Assembly (NCBI GenBank): GCA_963815215.1
Contig: CAWFFU010000011.1
Coordinates: 544,001-608,000, forward strand
Direction: 5' to 3'
DNA length: 64,000 bases
Origin: an uncultured Trueperaceae bacterium
GTDB taxonomy: Bacteria > Deinococcota > Deinococci > Deinococcales > Trueperaceae
The notes under the pieces are model-generated. The model ran no database searches. It saw nothing but the letters and a program-made list of their open reading frames with translations, and was not told the DNA's origin. Made by a program: the position numbers and the translations under genes. Every line of letters starts with the position of its first letter. The first letter of the stretch is position 1. Below are positions 30,518 through 40,778 of the stretch, piece by piece.

Positions 30518-31344
30518 GAATCGGCCCGGATCGGCAGCCGCAACGGCCGTCCATCCCACTCCTCACGCATCCACGCCCACTCGGTGTCGTCCACCGGAGG
30601 TGTGGCGCGGGCCTCGTCGAGTAGCTCGCCGGCCATGTAGTTCAGATAGTAGAGGTTCGACCCGGGCGGCGCGGCCACCGGGTGGAAACCGCGCGGCACC
30701 AGCACCAGATCGCCGTCGCGCACCAGCACGAGCTCGTCGAGCTCACCGTCACCCGTGTAGTTGCGGTGCACGCCCCACCCGTTCCGCGGTTGGATCTTGT
30801 AGTAGTAGATCTCCTCGACGTAGGCCGAGCCCTCCTCGCCGTCGTGGCGATGGGGCGGCCACCCGGACCAGTAGCCGCTCGGGGTGTAGACCTCGAACAG
30901 GTAGAGCCGCTCCGCGGGCAGGTGCGGTCCCAACACGTGGCTCACCTGGCGATAGGCGTTGGCGCCTCCCCGCAGCTCCACCTTCATCTCATCGGGCCGG
31001 AACAGTCGCAGCGGGTAGCGCCCCTCGGCAGGGGCGCCGCCGATCGTGAACTCGAACGTCTCTTCGGCCACCACCGCATAGTCCGTGCCTGGTGGCATGT
31101 ACAGCACCGAGGGCAAGGCCTGGAAGACGCTGGCTCGGCGCAGCTCGAAGGTCTCGCCGCCCACCTCCACGCGCCCTGCGCCCTCGATCGGCACCAGCGC
31201 CACCTCGCTACCGTCGGTGCGGGCCCGGTAACTCTCCCCGGCCGACAGCCGCACCGCCCGGAACGAGACGTAGGTCCATCCGGCCGACGCAGGGTCGACA
31301 TCGACCAGGACGCCGCGGTCGGCCGTGGGCCGGATCGGGTTCAC
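30514..31344 (-). CDS. iolB: 5-deoxy-glucuronate isomerase
   Basis: EVYTPSGYWSGWPPHRHD, EEIYYY, VPRGFHPV, YYLNYMAG. Confidence 0.93.
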   Translation of the reverse strand: MNPIRPTADRGVLVDVDPASAGWTYVSFRAVRLSAGESYRARTDGSEVALVPIEGAGRVEVGGETFELRRASVFQALPSVLYMPPGTDYAVVAEETFEFTIGGAPAEGRYPLRLFRPDEMKVELRGGANAYRQVSHVLGPHLPAERLYLFEVYTPSGYWSGWPPHRHDGEEGSAYVEEIYYYKIQPRNGWGVHRNYTGDGELDELVLVRDGDLVLVPRGFHPVAAPPGSNLYYLNYMAGELLDEARATPPVDDTEWAWMREEWDGRPLRLPIRADS

Positions 31345-32345
31345 GACGCCCCCTCCACGGACACCGCCCGCTGACTTCGGAAGCTGAGGGTCGCAGCCTG
31401 CGCGATCTTCATCGCCTGCAACGCGTCGTCGATGCCGGGCGACGGCGGCGTCCCCGCTCGCACGCTGGCGACGAAGGCCCGCAGCTCCTCGTGCGACGCG
31501 TCGCGGAACCTGTCGGTGAAGAAGGTGTAGTGGTCGGCGCTCACCCCCTGCTCGCCGTAACGCAACAGCGGGGTCTTCGGGGTGGCATCGACCACCAGCT
31601 TGCCGCCGCTGCCGAAGACCTCGGTGCGGATATCGTACCCGTAGACGGCCCGACGGGAGTTCTCGATCACGCCCAGAGCGCCGCTCTGGAAGCGGAGCAT
31701 GGTGACGGCGGTGTCGGCGTCACCCATGGCTCCGATCTCCTCGTCGACGCGCGCAGCGCCCCAGACCATCACCTCGCTCACCTCACCCACCAGGAAGCGC
31801 GCCAGGTCGAACTCGTGCAGGGCCTGATCGAAGAAGATGCCGCCCGACACCTTCAGGTAGGACATCGGCGGTGGCGCGGGGTCGCGCCCGACGGAACGGA
31901 ACTGGTCGATCGTGCCGATCTCGCCGGCGTCGATCCGGCGGCGCGCCTCCGCGTAGCCGGGGTCGAAGCGCCGCTGGAAACCGATCTGGAAGGGGACGCT
32001 CGAGGCCCGCACGGTCTTCCACAGCGCCGTCGCCCTTGCGAGGTCCTCGGCGACGGGCTTCTCACAGAAGACCGCCTTGTTGGCGTGAACGGCTTCCTCG
32101 ACGAGATCGGCGTGCGTCGGCGTAGGCGTGGCGACGATGACGGCGTCCACCTCGGTGTCGTGGATCGCCTCGGCCGGGTCGGCATAGGCGCGCACCGCAC
32201 CGGACGCCCAGCGCGCCGCCTCACGCGCATCCTCCACCGGGTCCGCCACGGCCACGACGCGCACGCCCGCGATAGCCGGCAGCGCGGCGGCGTGCGTCAT
32301 GCCCATCCGCCCGGCACCCAGCAACGCGATACCTAATCTGTCCAC
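31341..32345 (-). CDS. iolG: myo-inositol 2-dehydrogenase
   Basis: GAGRMG, CEKP, GFQRRFDP, RDPAPP, NSRRAVYGYD. Confidence 0.88.
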   Translation of the reverse strand: MDRLGIALLGAGRMGMTHAAALPAIAGVRVVAVADPVEDAREAARWASGAVRAYADPAEAIHDTEVDAVIVATPTPTHADLVEEAVHANKAVFCEKPVAEDLARATALWKTVRASSVPFQIGFQRRFDPGYAEARRRIDAGEIGTIDQFRSVGRDPAPPPMSYLKVSGGIFFDQALHEFDLARFLVGEVSEVMVWGAARVDEEIGAMGDADTAVTMLRFQSGALGVIENSRRAVYGYDIRTEVFGSGGKLVVDATPKTPLLRYGEQGVSADHYTFFTDRFRDASHEELRAFVASVRAGTPPSPGIDDALQAMKIAQAATLSFRSQRAVSVEGAS

Positions 32346-32364
32346 AGGTGCTTCCCTTCCGCCC

Positions 32365-33240
32365 TCACGGCTTCGCGAGGAGAGCCTCGAGCTGGACGCG
32401 GTTGCTGCGCGCGGTGTCGGTGGGGTCGTCCGGTGTGGTGTCCTGCTCGATCACCAGCCAGCCGTCGAAGCCGCCCGCGCGGAGCAGCTCGAGCACCTCT
32501 GGCAGCGGCACCCCTCCGGTGCCGAGCGGGCAGAACACGAAGCGTTCCAGCGCCTCGTGGAAGCTCCACCCCTCCGACCGCGCCTGAGCCAGCACCCGCG
32601 GGTCGACGTCCTTGACGTGGACGTAACGGACCCGCTCCTTGTGGGCGCCCACGAGCGCGAGCAGGTCGGCACCGCCGTACACCTGGTGACCGGTGTCGAG
32701 GCACCAGCCGACAGCGTCCGGATCGGTGCCTGACAGCAGCCGATCGATCTCGTGGGGCGTCTCGACGTAGGTGCCGACGTGGGGATGGAACACCAACTCC
32801 ATCCCGAGCCCCTCGAGCTCCCGGCCGAGCCCGTTCAGCGCCTCCGCCATACCCCGGAGCTGATCGTCGGTGAGCGTGGGCGCCCCTTCGGCGTGGCCGG
32901 CCGCGGCCTGCCTGACCGCGTCGCCCGAGTCCGCCGCAACGAGGTAGCGCCCTCCCAGGGCCCTCAGGAACGACGCCTTGGCACGCGCCCGATCCAGCTC
33001 GGCCCGAACTCCAGCGGGGTCGCGCAGGTTCATACCGACGAAGGCGCCGAGCATGCTCAGGCCGCGCGCCTCCAGCTCGGGCCCGAGCGACGCGGCGTCG
33101 TCCGGAAGGCTCGACGACCACTCCGTGGCGCGGTAGCCCGCCGCCGCGATCGCATCGAGGATCTGCGGATAAGGCGTGGCGTCCCGGTAGCCGGGCACGT
33201 CCTCGTTGTTCCAGTTGATGGGGGCCGTCGCGATCTTCAT
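32365..33240 (-). CDS. iolE: myo-inosose-2 dehydratase
   Basis: APINWNNED, FHPHVGTYVE, LDTGH, HVKDV, EQD. Confidence 0.88.
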   Translation of the reverse strand: MKIATAPINWNNEDVPGYRDATPYPQILDAIAAAGYRATEWSSSLPDDAASLGPELEARGLSMLGAFVGMNLRDPAGVRAELDRARAKASFLRALGGRYLVAADSGDAVRQAAAGHAEGAPTLTDDQLRGMAEALNGLGRELEGLGMELVFHPHVGTYVETPHEIDRLLSGTDPDAVGWCLDTGHQVYGGADLLALVGAHKERVRYVHVKDVDPRVLAQARSEGWSFHEALERFVFCPLGTGGVPLPEVLELLRAGGFDGWLVIEQDTTPDDPTDTARSNRVQLEALLAKP

Positions 33241-35141
33241 CCGCCCTCCTCCTCGTCGGTACCGTGGACCAGCACCTGGCGGGAACGAGCGGCTTCGTAG
33301 GCCTCACGAGCCGCCCGCACGGCCGGCTGGTGCGACGTCTCGGCCACCGGCACCTCCCACCAGCCCGCGAAGTTCGGCACCGCCGGCTCGAGCCCGACCT
33401 TGACGTCCAGGACGTTCACCCCACCGCGCTGCCGGGCCGCCTCCAAAGCGCCGACGAGCTGACCGAGATCCTCGCAGCGATAGACCGTGGCACCCATGGC
33501 CTCGGCGTGCTTGGCGAAATCGACGCCGATCACCTCACCGTCGGTGCGGCCCGTCTCCGTGCGGCGTTCGCGTCGCTCGTTGTTGAACGATGGTGACCCG
33601 ACCGACATCTGCAGCCCGCGGATGGAGCCGAAGGCGCCGTTGTCGACCACGACCACGGTCATGTCGACCCCCTCGGCCACCGCCGTGACGAGCTCGGAGT
33701 TCATCATCAGGTAGCTGCCGTCGCCGACCATCACCACCACCCGCCGCTCCGGCTCGGCGAGCTTGACGCCCACCCCGGCAGGGATCTCGTAGCCCATGCA
33801 GGAGTAGCCGTACTCGACGTGGTAGGCCTTATCGTCCTCGGGGCGCCACAGCTTGAGGAGGTCGCCGGGCATGCTGCCCGCTGCGCACACCACGGTGGCG
33901 TGGCCCCCGACGGCCGCGTTGACCGCCCCGATCACCTCGGACTGCGCGAGTTGGTTGCTCCCGCGCGCGGCTCGCAGTTCGTCGACGCGAGCGTGCCAGG
34001 ACGTTCGGAGCGCCTCGAACTGCTCGCGGTAACCGTCGTCGGTGCCACCGAACCCGATCTCGCTCAGAGCGTTGCCGAGCTGCTCGAGGCCGACGCGCGC
34101 GTCGGCCACCAGCGGCAGCGCGTCCAGCTTGCGAGCGTCGTCCGGATCGACGTTGAGCACCGCCATCCGCGCACCGGAGCGGCCGAAGGCGGTGCGTGAC
34201 GCGGTCACGAAGTCGCCCAAGCGGGTGCCGACGGCGAGCACGAAGTCGGCGCCGCGCGCCGCACGGTTGGCGGCCTCGCCGCCGTTGGCGCCGACCGGTC
34301 CGAGGTTCATCGGGTGATCCCAGGGCAGCGCCCCCTTGCCGGCCTGGCTCTCCACGACGGGGAGGCCGAAGCGCTCGACCAGCGAGGCCAGGGCAGCCGA
34401 CGCCTCGCTGTAGATCACGCCGCCCCCAGCGACGATCAGCGGCCGGTGCGCACGCGCCAGCGCCGCTGCCACCACGGCGAGTTGCTCCGCCGCCGCGGGC
34501 GGCCTGCGAACGTTCCAGACGCGCCGCTCGAACAGCGCGACGGGCCAGTCGTACGCCTCGGCCTGCACGTCCTCGGGCAAGGACAGGGTGACGGCGCCGG
34601 TCCGGGACGGGTCGGTCAGCACCGCCATGGCCGCGGGCAGGGCAGCCATCAGTTGCTCGGGCCGGCTCACCCGCGTGAAGAAGCGGCTCACCGGTCGGAA
34701 CGCGTCGTTGACGCTTACGTCGTGCTCGCTCGGGTGCTCGAGCTGCTGCAGCACGGGGTCGGGGATGCGGCTCGCGAAGTAGTCCGACGGCAGGAGCAGC
34801 ACCGGCAGGCGATTGATGGTAGCCCCGGCGGCGCCGGTGATCATGTTGGTGCTGCCGGGACCGATCGAGCTGGCGCACGCGAAGGTGCTCAGCCGGTTGC
34901 GGTGCTTGGCGAAGGCGGCCGCCGCGTGCACCATCGCCTGCTCGTTCTGAGGCCTCAAGGTGGGGAGCGCCAGGTCCTCTCCGTATTCCTCCAAGGCCTG
35001 GCCCAGGCCGGCCACGTTGCCGTGGCCGAAGATCGCCCACACCCCTTCGATCAAACGATGCTCCCGGCCGTCGCGTTCGGAATGTTGGCGCGCCAGATAG
35101 TGCACCAGCGCCTGCGCCGTGGTCATGCGAACGGTTCTCAC
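33237..35141 (-). CDS. iolD: 3D-(3,5/4)-trihydroxycyclohexane-1,2-dione acylhydrolase (TPP-dependent)
   Basis: MTTAQAL, IFGHGNV, SIGPG, EYGYSCMGYEI, GDGSYLM. GTG 35141 has a GGAGGG RBS. Confidence 0.95.
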   Translation of the reverse strand: MRTVRMTTAQALVHYLARQHSERDGREHRLIEGVWAIFGHGNVAGLGQALEEYGEDLALPTLRPQNEQAMVHAAAAFAKHRNRLSTFACASSIGPGSTNMITGAAGATINRLPVLLLPSDYFASRIPDPVLQQLEHPSEHDVSVNDAFRPVSRFFTRVSRPEQLMAALPAAMAVLTDPSRTGAVTLSLPEDVQAEAYDWPVALFERRVWNVRRPPAAAEQLAVVAAALARAHRPLIVAGGGVIYSEASAALASLVERFGLPVVESQAGKGALPWDHPMNLGPVGANGGEAANRAARGADFVLAVGTRLGDFVTASRTAFGRSGARMAVLNVDPDDARKLDALPLVADARVGLEQLGNALSEIGFGGTDDGYREQFEALRTSWHARVDELRAARGSNQLAQSEVIGAVNAAVGGHATVVCAAGSMPGDLLKLWRPEDDKAYHVEYGYSCMGYEIPAGVGVKLAEPERRVVVMVGDGSYLMMNSELVTAVAEGVDMTVVVVDNGAFGSIRGLQMSVGSPSFNNERRERRTETGRTDGEVIGVDFAKHAEAMGATVYRCEDLGQLVGALEAARQRGGVNVLDVKVGLEPAVPNFAGWWEVPVAETSHQPAVRAAREAYEAARSRQVLVHGTDEEEGG

Positions 35142-35163
35142 ATCGTCCCTCCGAAGGTGGTGA

Positions 35164-35190
35164 CCTCGACGGCCTCGACGGCCTCGACGG
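35164..35190. repeat. 9-bp tandem repeat x3 (CCTCGACGG)
   Basis: Three perfect copies just upstream of the iolD RBS. Confidence 0.8.
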
Positions 35191-35289
35191 ACGCGCAAGC
35201 GTTCGGCATCACCCGGACCCGCCGGCGGCCGCGCCAGGCGTCCCGCGGCGTACGCGCCGCCAACGCGAGCGTTCGAGTCAATGGTCGGA

Positions 35290-35298
35290 AGTATACCA
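35290..35298 (-). promoter_or_regulatory. Extended -10 promoter for the iol operon
   Basis: TGGTATACT on the minus strand about 150 nt upstream of iolD; no clear -35. Confidence 0.5.
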
Positions 35299-35389
35299 GA
35301 ACCCCTTGGGGGCATTCTCGAAACGAATCGAACGCTCCCGGCTTTCGGATCTTGGTGGTTCTTTGCGGAGGATCGCCGGCCGGAGTCGC

Positions 35390-35418
35390 TTGACACCCGC
35401 CACGCAACGCCCTACAGT
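35390..35418 (+). promoter_or_regulatory. Sigma70-type promoter for the lacI-GH38-ABC operon
   Basis: TTGACA-N17-TACAGT. Confidence 0.65.
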
Positions 35419-35477
35419 CGGAACAGTCCGAAAGGCAGAGATGCGCCCCAGGAGGGGCTATTGATGATGCGCTATTC

Positions 35478-35493
35478 ATCGAACCGGTTCGAT
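35478..35493. promoter_or_regulatory. Perfect 16-bp palindrome, candidate LacI-family operator
   Basis: ATCGAACCGGTTCGAT, CG-centred, 16 nt upstream of the LacI start. Confidence 0.7.
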
Positions 35494-35509
35494 TTCGGCT
35501 GGGTCCGCC

Positions 35510-36508
35510 GTGCCGACCATTAGGGACATCGCCCGGCGCGCCGGTGTCGCGGTGTCGACGGCCTCACTGGCGCTGAACGGCGACGAGCGCGTTCGCGACG
35601 CGACGCGCCAGCGCGTGCTCGACGCCGCCCAGGACCTCGACTACCATCCCAGCAGGGTGGCGCGCGGCCTGTCGCAGGGCAAGACGTGGTCGCTGCACCT
35701 TCTCAACCCGGTGGCCACCGCAGCGCTCTCCAGCGGCTTCTTCACCCGGTTCGTGCGGGGCATCCACGACACCGCCCGCGACCACAACTACGGCGTAGCG
35801 CTCTCGATCCTCGACGACGAGAGCGAGGCGCAGGCGCTGGCCGAGCGCCTCGTCCAGGAACGCTGGGCCGACGGCATCATCCTGATGAACCCTTCGGCCA
35901 GCCCGGGCATCATGACGACCCTGGCACGCAGCCGCTTCCCCTTCGTGGTACTCGGTCGGCCTCCGCTGCCCGACATCCCCAGTGTCGACAACGACAACCG
36001 GCAGGTCGCCTTCGACGCAACCCGGCACCTACTCGCCAACACGCCCGGCCCGGTGGTCCTGCTGAACGGCCCTCAGCACCAGACCTTCACACAGGACCGG
36101 GCCGACGGCTACCTTCAGGCGCTGCGGATCGCCGGACGAACGTCGTCGGAGGATCTGCTGCGCTACATCCACGGCGAGGCCGACGCTGCCCACCGCGAGG
36201 TTCAGACGCTGCTGACGCGAGGCGTGCGCTTCCGGAGCGTGCTGGCGGTGAGCGACGCTCTGGCCATCGGTGCCATGCGCGCCCTGCGCGAGGCGTCGCT
36301 GCGCGTGCCCGAAGACGTCGCCGTCATGGGCATGAACAACGACGACCTGTGCGAGTACACCGATCCGCGTCTGTCGAGCGTCGAGCTGAACGCCTTCGAG
36401 CTGGGCAGCCGCGCCACCTCGCTGCTCCTCGCGGCGGTGCGCGGCGAGGAGCCGGAGCGCCTGCGCTGCATCGTGCCGCACCGGCTCGAGCTGCGGGAGT
36501 CGGCGTGA
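35510..36508 (+). CDS. LacI family transcriptional regulator
   Basis: TIRDIARRAGVAVSTASLALN HTH; periplasmic-binding-fold sensor domain. Confidence 0.95.
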   Translation: MPTIRDIARRAGVAVSTASLALNGDERVRDATRQRVLDAAQDLDYHPSRVARGLSQGKTWSLHLLNPVATAALSSGFFTRFVRGIHDTARDHNYGVALSILDDESEAQALAERLVQERWADGIILMNPSASPGIMTTLARSRFPFVVLGRPPLPDIPSVDNDNRQVAFDATRHLLANTPGPVVLLNGPQHQTFTQDRADGYLQALRIAGRTSSEDLLRYIHGEADAAHREVQTLLTRGVRFRSVLAVSDALAIGAMRALREASLRVPEDVAVMGMNNDDLCEYTDPRLSSVELNAFELGSRATSLLLAAVRGEEPERLRCIVPHRLELRESA

Positions 36509-39294
36509 GCGGCCCGCGCCCGAACACCGTCCAACCGGCCCAGGCGGCCTTCCATGGAATCGAGGACCCCGTGCCCGACCCGTCGCATCCTCCCGTCAGC
36601 GCCTTCGTGGTGCCCCACACGCACTGGGACCGCGAGTGGTACCGGCCGTTCCAGGTCTTCCGCGCCCGTCTGGTGGAGGTCGTCGACCAGGTCCTGGACC
36701 TGCTCGAGCACGACCCCAGCTACAGGCGCTTCACCCTCGACGGCCAGGCCATCGTGCTCGAGGACTACCTCGAGCTGCGGCCCGAACGGCGCGACGCGGT
36801 GCTGCGTCAGGTTCGCGCGGGGCGCTTGCGCATAGGCCCGTGGTACGTCCTCGCCGACGAGTTCCTGGTGAGCCCGGAGGCCCTGGTCCGCAACCTCCAG
36901 TTCGGTCGGCGCATCTGTGCCACCTTCGGCACCCCCATGGCCGTGGGCTACACGCCCGACTCGTTCGGCCACATCTCGCAGCTACCCCTCATCGTCCGCG
37001 GCTTCGGGCTCGACAGTATCGTGTTCGAACGCGGCGTGGGAGATGAGGGCGAGCGGCTCCGAGGCGAGTTCCGGTGGCTGGCGGCCGACGGCGAGACCGA
37101 CGTGTTCGCCGTCCATCTCTTCGGGACGTATTCGGCTGTGGCGGGGATCGGTCACGCGAACTGGGAGCTCACCGATGCCTACGACGCCGACCGGGCCGCC
37201 CGCCAGGCGCGCGCCGTGCTCTTCGGAGCCGACGGGGACCTGGACGAGCTTCCTACCTGGCTACGCGAGTCGTTCGAACGGCTCCCGCACGGCATCGCTC
37301 CCTACAGCACGAACGGCGCCGTCCTGCTGCTGAACGGCTCCGACCACCTGTTCCCACAGCGCAACCTGCCCGCCATCGTGGCCGACCTCAACCGCCGGAT
37401 CCCCGAGGCGCAGTTCGTCCACGCCGACATCGAAGAGTTCCTGGAGGCCGCCCGCGCTCCACGGGACGCGCTCGAGACCCATCGCGGGGAGTTCCGCGGC
37501 AGCCGCTACCAGCACGTACTCTCGGGCGTCCTGTCGGCACGCCTCTACCTCAAGCAGGCCAACGAGGCCAACCAGACCCTGCTGGAGGCCTACGCCGAGC
37601 CGCTCGCTGCGCTCGCCTGGCTGGCCGGCCGGCCCCACCCCACCCACCTGCTCCGAGAGGCCTGGCGCCAGCTCCTCCAGAACCATCCTCACGACTCCAT
37701 CTGCGGCTGCTCCGTCGATGACGTCCACGACGAGATGATGGTGCGCTTCGACAACGCCCGGCAACTCGGCCGGCTGGTCTCCACAGAGGCGCTGACCAGC
37801 CTCACCAGCGCGCCCGGGCTGCGTGCCGTGGCCGTCTTCAACCCCCTGCCCTACCCGCAGCGGACGTCGGTCGAGCACACCCTGGAGCTGCCGAACGGCA
37901 GTGCGAGCCGGCTGGTCGTGGAGGACGAGAACGGGACCGCGGTGCCGTGCCAGGTCCGGGTCGCATCCGTCCTCCCGCCCGGCGCCAGCGACCACCGCGT
38001 CGACCGCACCACCGTACGCTTCGAGGCCGACCTGCCCGCGCTGGGCATCCGAGGCTACCGGCTGAGCGAGGGGGCGCCCGGCACGGCCACCGCGCCCGCC
38101 GTACGTCTGGCGCGCCAGGGCGACGGCGTCACCCTCGAGAACGACGCGCTCCGGCTCGAACTCGACGAGAGCGGCCGCGTCACCCTCACGCACCTCGCGA
38201 GCGGCGCTCGACACCCGCTCGAGCTGGCCTTCGAGGACGTGGCCGACGCCGGCGACACGTATGACTTCTCGCCCCTGCCGGGCGACGTGCCGATCGTCCT
38301 GGACAAGTCCGTCGCGGCCCCCGAGGTCATCGACGAGGGGCCACTGGCGCTCACCGTCCGGCTGCACTACCGAGCCGATCTGCCGGCGCGCCTGAGCGAG
38401 GACCGCAGCCGACGCGAGGGCCGGGTCGAGCTCCCACTCCGACTGGACCTCACGCTCCGGGCCCACGACCCGTCACTGCACCTGGACGTGACCGTCGACA
38501 ACCGCGCCGAGGATCACCGCCTGCAGCTCAAGCTGAGCACCCACGTCGCCAGCGAAACGGTGCTGGCCGACGGGCACTTCGACGTCGTGGAGCGCAGCGT
38601 GCAGCCGCCGTCAGGGCGAGGCTGGTTCCAGGCGCCCCAACCCACCAGCCACCAGCGCCGCTTCGTGGCCGTCGCCGACGGTACGAGCGGACTGGCGCTG
38701 CTCAATCGCGGCCTGCCCGAGTACCAGGCCTCCGCCTCCGATGACGGCGTCGAGCTGCGCGTCACGCTGCTGCGCTGCGTCGGCTGGCTGTCGCGCAACG
38801 ACCTACGCTCCCGACCGCAGGGAGCGGGGCCGAGCCTGTCCACGCCCGGCGCCCAGATGCCCGGCCCCCACACCTTCCAGCTCGCCGTCCTGCCGTTCGC
38901 CGGACCCTGGGACGAGAGCGGCCTCCCGGAGCGGGCGCAAGCCTTCGCCGCTCCGCCACTGACGCTCGGCTGCGCGGTCGCTCCGGAGTCGGCCAGCTGG
39001 CTCGAGCTCCCGCGGCCGCTCACGCTGAGCGCCGTCAAGCGCGCCGAAGATCGCGACAGCTTGATCGTGCGCGTCTTCAACCCGAGCACCCACGTGGTGG
39101 CGGGCGCCCTCCGGCTGTGGGCGGCGCCCGCGGCGGTGCACGAGGTGTCGCTGGCCGAGGAGCGGCTGGCAACCCTGCCTACCCAAGCGTCCACCGTCGA
39201 TCTCACCGTCGGGCCCAAGCACGTCCTGACGCTGGAGATCGTTCCCATGCCGCCGAAAGGGGGGTCCGAAGCTTCACGACGGAGCAGCAGGTAA
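36505..39294 (+). CDS. GH38 alpha-mannosidase (MngB-like); start GTG 36505 or 36571
   Basis: HTHWDREWY, LDGQ, PDSFGH, NGSDH, NHPHDSICGCS, NRGLPEY, LLRCVGWLS. Confidence 0.92.
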   Translation: MSGPRPNTVQPAQAAFHGIEDPVPDPSHPPVSAFVVPHTHWDREWYRPFQVFRARLVEVVDQVLDLLEHDPSYRRFTLDGQAIVLEDYLELRPERRDAVLRQVRAGRLRIGPWYVLADEFLVSPEALVRNLQFGRRICATFGTPMAVGYTPDSFGHISQLPLIVRGFGLDSIVFERGVGDEGERLRGEFRWLAADGETDVFAVHLFGTYSAVAGIGHANWELTDAYDADRAARQARAVLFGADGDLDELPTWLRESFERLPHGIAPYSTNGAVLLLNGSDHLFPQRNLPAIVADLNRRIPEAQFVHADIEEFLEAARAPRDALETHRGEFRGSRYQHVLSGVLSARLYLKQANEANQTLLEAYAEPLAALAWLAGRPHPTHLLREAWRQLLQNHPHDSICGCSVDDVHDEMMVRFDNARQLGRLVSTEALTSLTSAPGLRAVAVFNPLPYPQRTSVEHTLELPNGSASRLVVEDENGTAVPCQVRVASVLPPGASDHRVDRTTVRFEADLPALGIRGYRLSEGAPGTATAPAVRLARQGDGVTLENDALRLELDESGRVTLTHLASGARHPLELAFEDVADAGDTYDFSPLPGDVPIVLDKSVAAPEVIDEGPLALTVRLHYRADLPARLSEDRSRREGRVELPLRLDLTLRAHDPSLHLDVTVDNRAEDHRLQLKLSTHVASETVLADGHFDVVERSVQPPSGRGWFQAPQPTSHQRRFVAVADGTSGLALLNRGLPEYQASASDDGVELRVTLLRCVGWLSRNDLRSRPQGAGPSLSTPGAQMPGPHTFQLAVLPFAGPWDESGLPERAQAFAAPPLTLGCAVAPESASWLELPRPLTLSAVKRAEDRDSLIVRVFNPSTHVVAGALRLWAAPAAVHEVSLAEERLATLPTQASTVDLTVGPKHVLTLEIVPMPPKGGSEASRRSSR

Positions 39295-39338
39295 GGCCCA
39301 AGCCCTCATCTGGACGCACGGTCCATCGGAGGTAGTCT

Positions 39339-40718
39339 ATGTCCGTCCATCCGCGCAAGATCCTCCTCGCTCTGGGAGCCCTGGTCGCGTTCGCCGTTCC
39401 CGCGCTGGCGCAGACCACCATCACCCTCACTTGCCGATGTGTGGCAGGCGGCGTCAACGACGCCGAGGTGCAGTGGCTCCAGAACTACGTCATCCCCAAC
39501 TTCGAGAAAGCCATGGCCGACAAGGGCACGCCGGTCAAGGTCGCGCTCACGCAGTTCGGCGGCACCGACGAGGCCCTGAAGCAGCAGTACGCCCTCGACC
39601 TGTCGGTCCACAAGGGCTACGACGTCATGGCCTTCGACGGCTTCTGGATCCCCGAGTTCGCCAGCGGCGGCCTGCTCAAGCCTCTCGAGACCGTCGCCGG
39701 ATCGGCCGTCGCCGGTTGGGACGGCTGGTCGCACATCTCCACCGGCATCCAGGACATCATGGCCTACGACGGGCACCGTTACGGCATCGCCAACGGCACC
39801 GACGTGCGCATGATCTTCTACCGGAAGGACATCCTGCAGAAGGCCGGCGTGCCCAACGCCGACGCCTGGCAGCCGACCTCGTGGCAGGACATCCTCGACA
39901 CCGCCCAGATGGTCAAGAAGGCGATGCCCGACTCCTACCCGCTGCAGATCGACGCCGGCACCAACATGGGTGAGGCCACCACACTGCAGGGGTACTACAT
40001 GCTCATCCTGGGCACCGGCGAGCAGCCCTTCATGAACGGCAAGTGGGTGGTCAAGAGCCAGGGCATCCTCGACACGCTCAACTTCTACAAGCAGATCTAC
40101 GTCGACACCAAGGTCGGCGACCAGCGCGTGCAACTCGTCAAGGACGGCCGCAACCAGTCGTTCGCCAACTTCCGCGACGGCGTCACCTCGATGCTGGTCG
40201 AGAGCGACTGGTTCTACCGCTCGGTCACCAAGCCCGGTTCGGAGTTCGCCGTGGCGAACCGCGACCAGGTCATGGGCTGGGCCAAGATGCCGGCGGAGAA
40301 GCCCGGCATGGGCGTCCGCGGCCAGGGCTTCGTGACCGCCTCCGGCGGCACCGGCTGGGTCCTCAACCCCAACACCGCGCACCCCGCCGAGGCCTGGGAC
40401 CTGCTGGCGTTCATGAACGGCAAGGCCGCCCGCGACGACTTCGAGACCTACCAGCCCACCATCAGCGCGCGCGACGACGTGCCGGTGCCCAACAACCCGT
40501 TCCTCACCAACACCGCCAAGACCCTGCTCCCGCTGACCGTGTCGCGGCCGAACAACGACGCCTACGCCAAGGTCTCCGAGCAGATCCAGCTGATGACCGA
40601 GAACGTCGTCTCCGGGCAGATGTCGCCGCAGCAGGCTATGGACGCCTACGCCGCCGCCGTCACGCAGATCGTCGGCGCCGACAACACCGTCGACCTCCTG
40701 AAGACCGCCAGCAACTAA
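39339..40718 (+). CDS. Carbohydrate ABC transporter substrate-binding protein
   Basis: GGAGGT RBS; signal peptide ALA-Q; MIFYRKDIL; SGGTGW. Confidence 0.9.
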   Translation: MSVHPRKILLALGALVAFAVPALAQTTITLTCRCVAGGVNDAEVQWLQNYVIPNFEKAMADKGTPVKVALTQFGGTDEALKQQYALDLSVHKGYDVMAFDGFWIPEFASGGLLKPLETVAGSAVAGWDGWSHISTGIQDIMAYDGHRYGIANGTDVRMIFYRKDILQKAGVPNADAWQPTSWQDILDTAQMVKKAMPDSYPLQIDAGTNMGEATTLQGYYMLILGTGEQPFMNGKWVVKSQGILDTLNFYKQIYVDTKVGDQRVQLVKDGRNQSFANFRDGVTSMLVESDWFYRSVTKPGSEFAVANRDQVMGWAKMPAEKPGMGVRGQGFVTASGGTGWVLNPNTAHPAEAWDLLAFMNGKAARDDFETYQPTISARDDVPVPNNPFLTNTAKTLLPLTVSRPNNDAYAKVSEQIQLMTENVVSGQMSPQQAMDAYAAAVTQIVGADNTVDLLKTASN

Positions 40719-40728
40719 GCCCTCTCCC

Positions 40729-40757
40729 GAGGGAGCCCGGTTCGTCCGGGCTCCCTC
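40729..40757 (+). other. 12-bp stem-loop between SBP and permease (probable mRNA stabiliser or attenuator)
   Basis: GAGGGAGCCCGG-TTCGT-CCGGGCTCCCTC; no U tract. Confidence 0.65.
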
Positions 40758-40778
40758 CCACCCATCGCGGAGTGCGAC

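Noticed and set aside
35686..36504. N-terminal extension of the 1202-aa ORF
   Set aside because: It overlaps lacI in another frame and is Arg/Pro-rich. GH38 homology starts after 36505.
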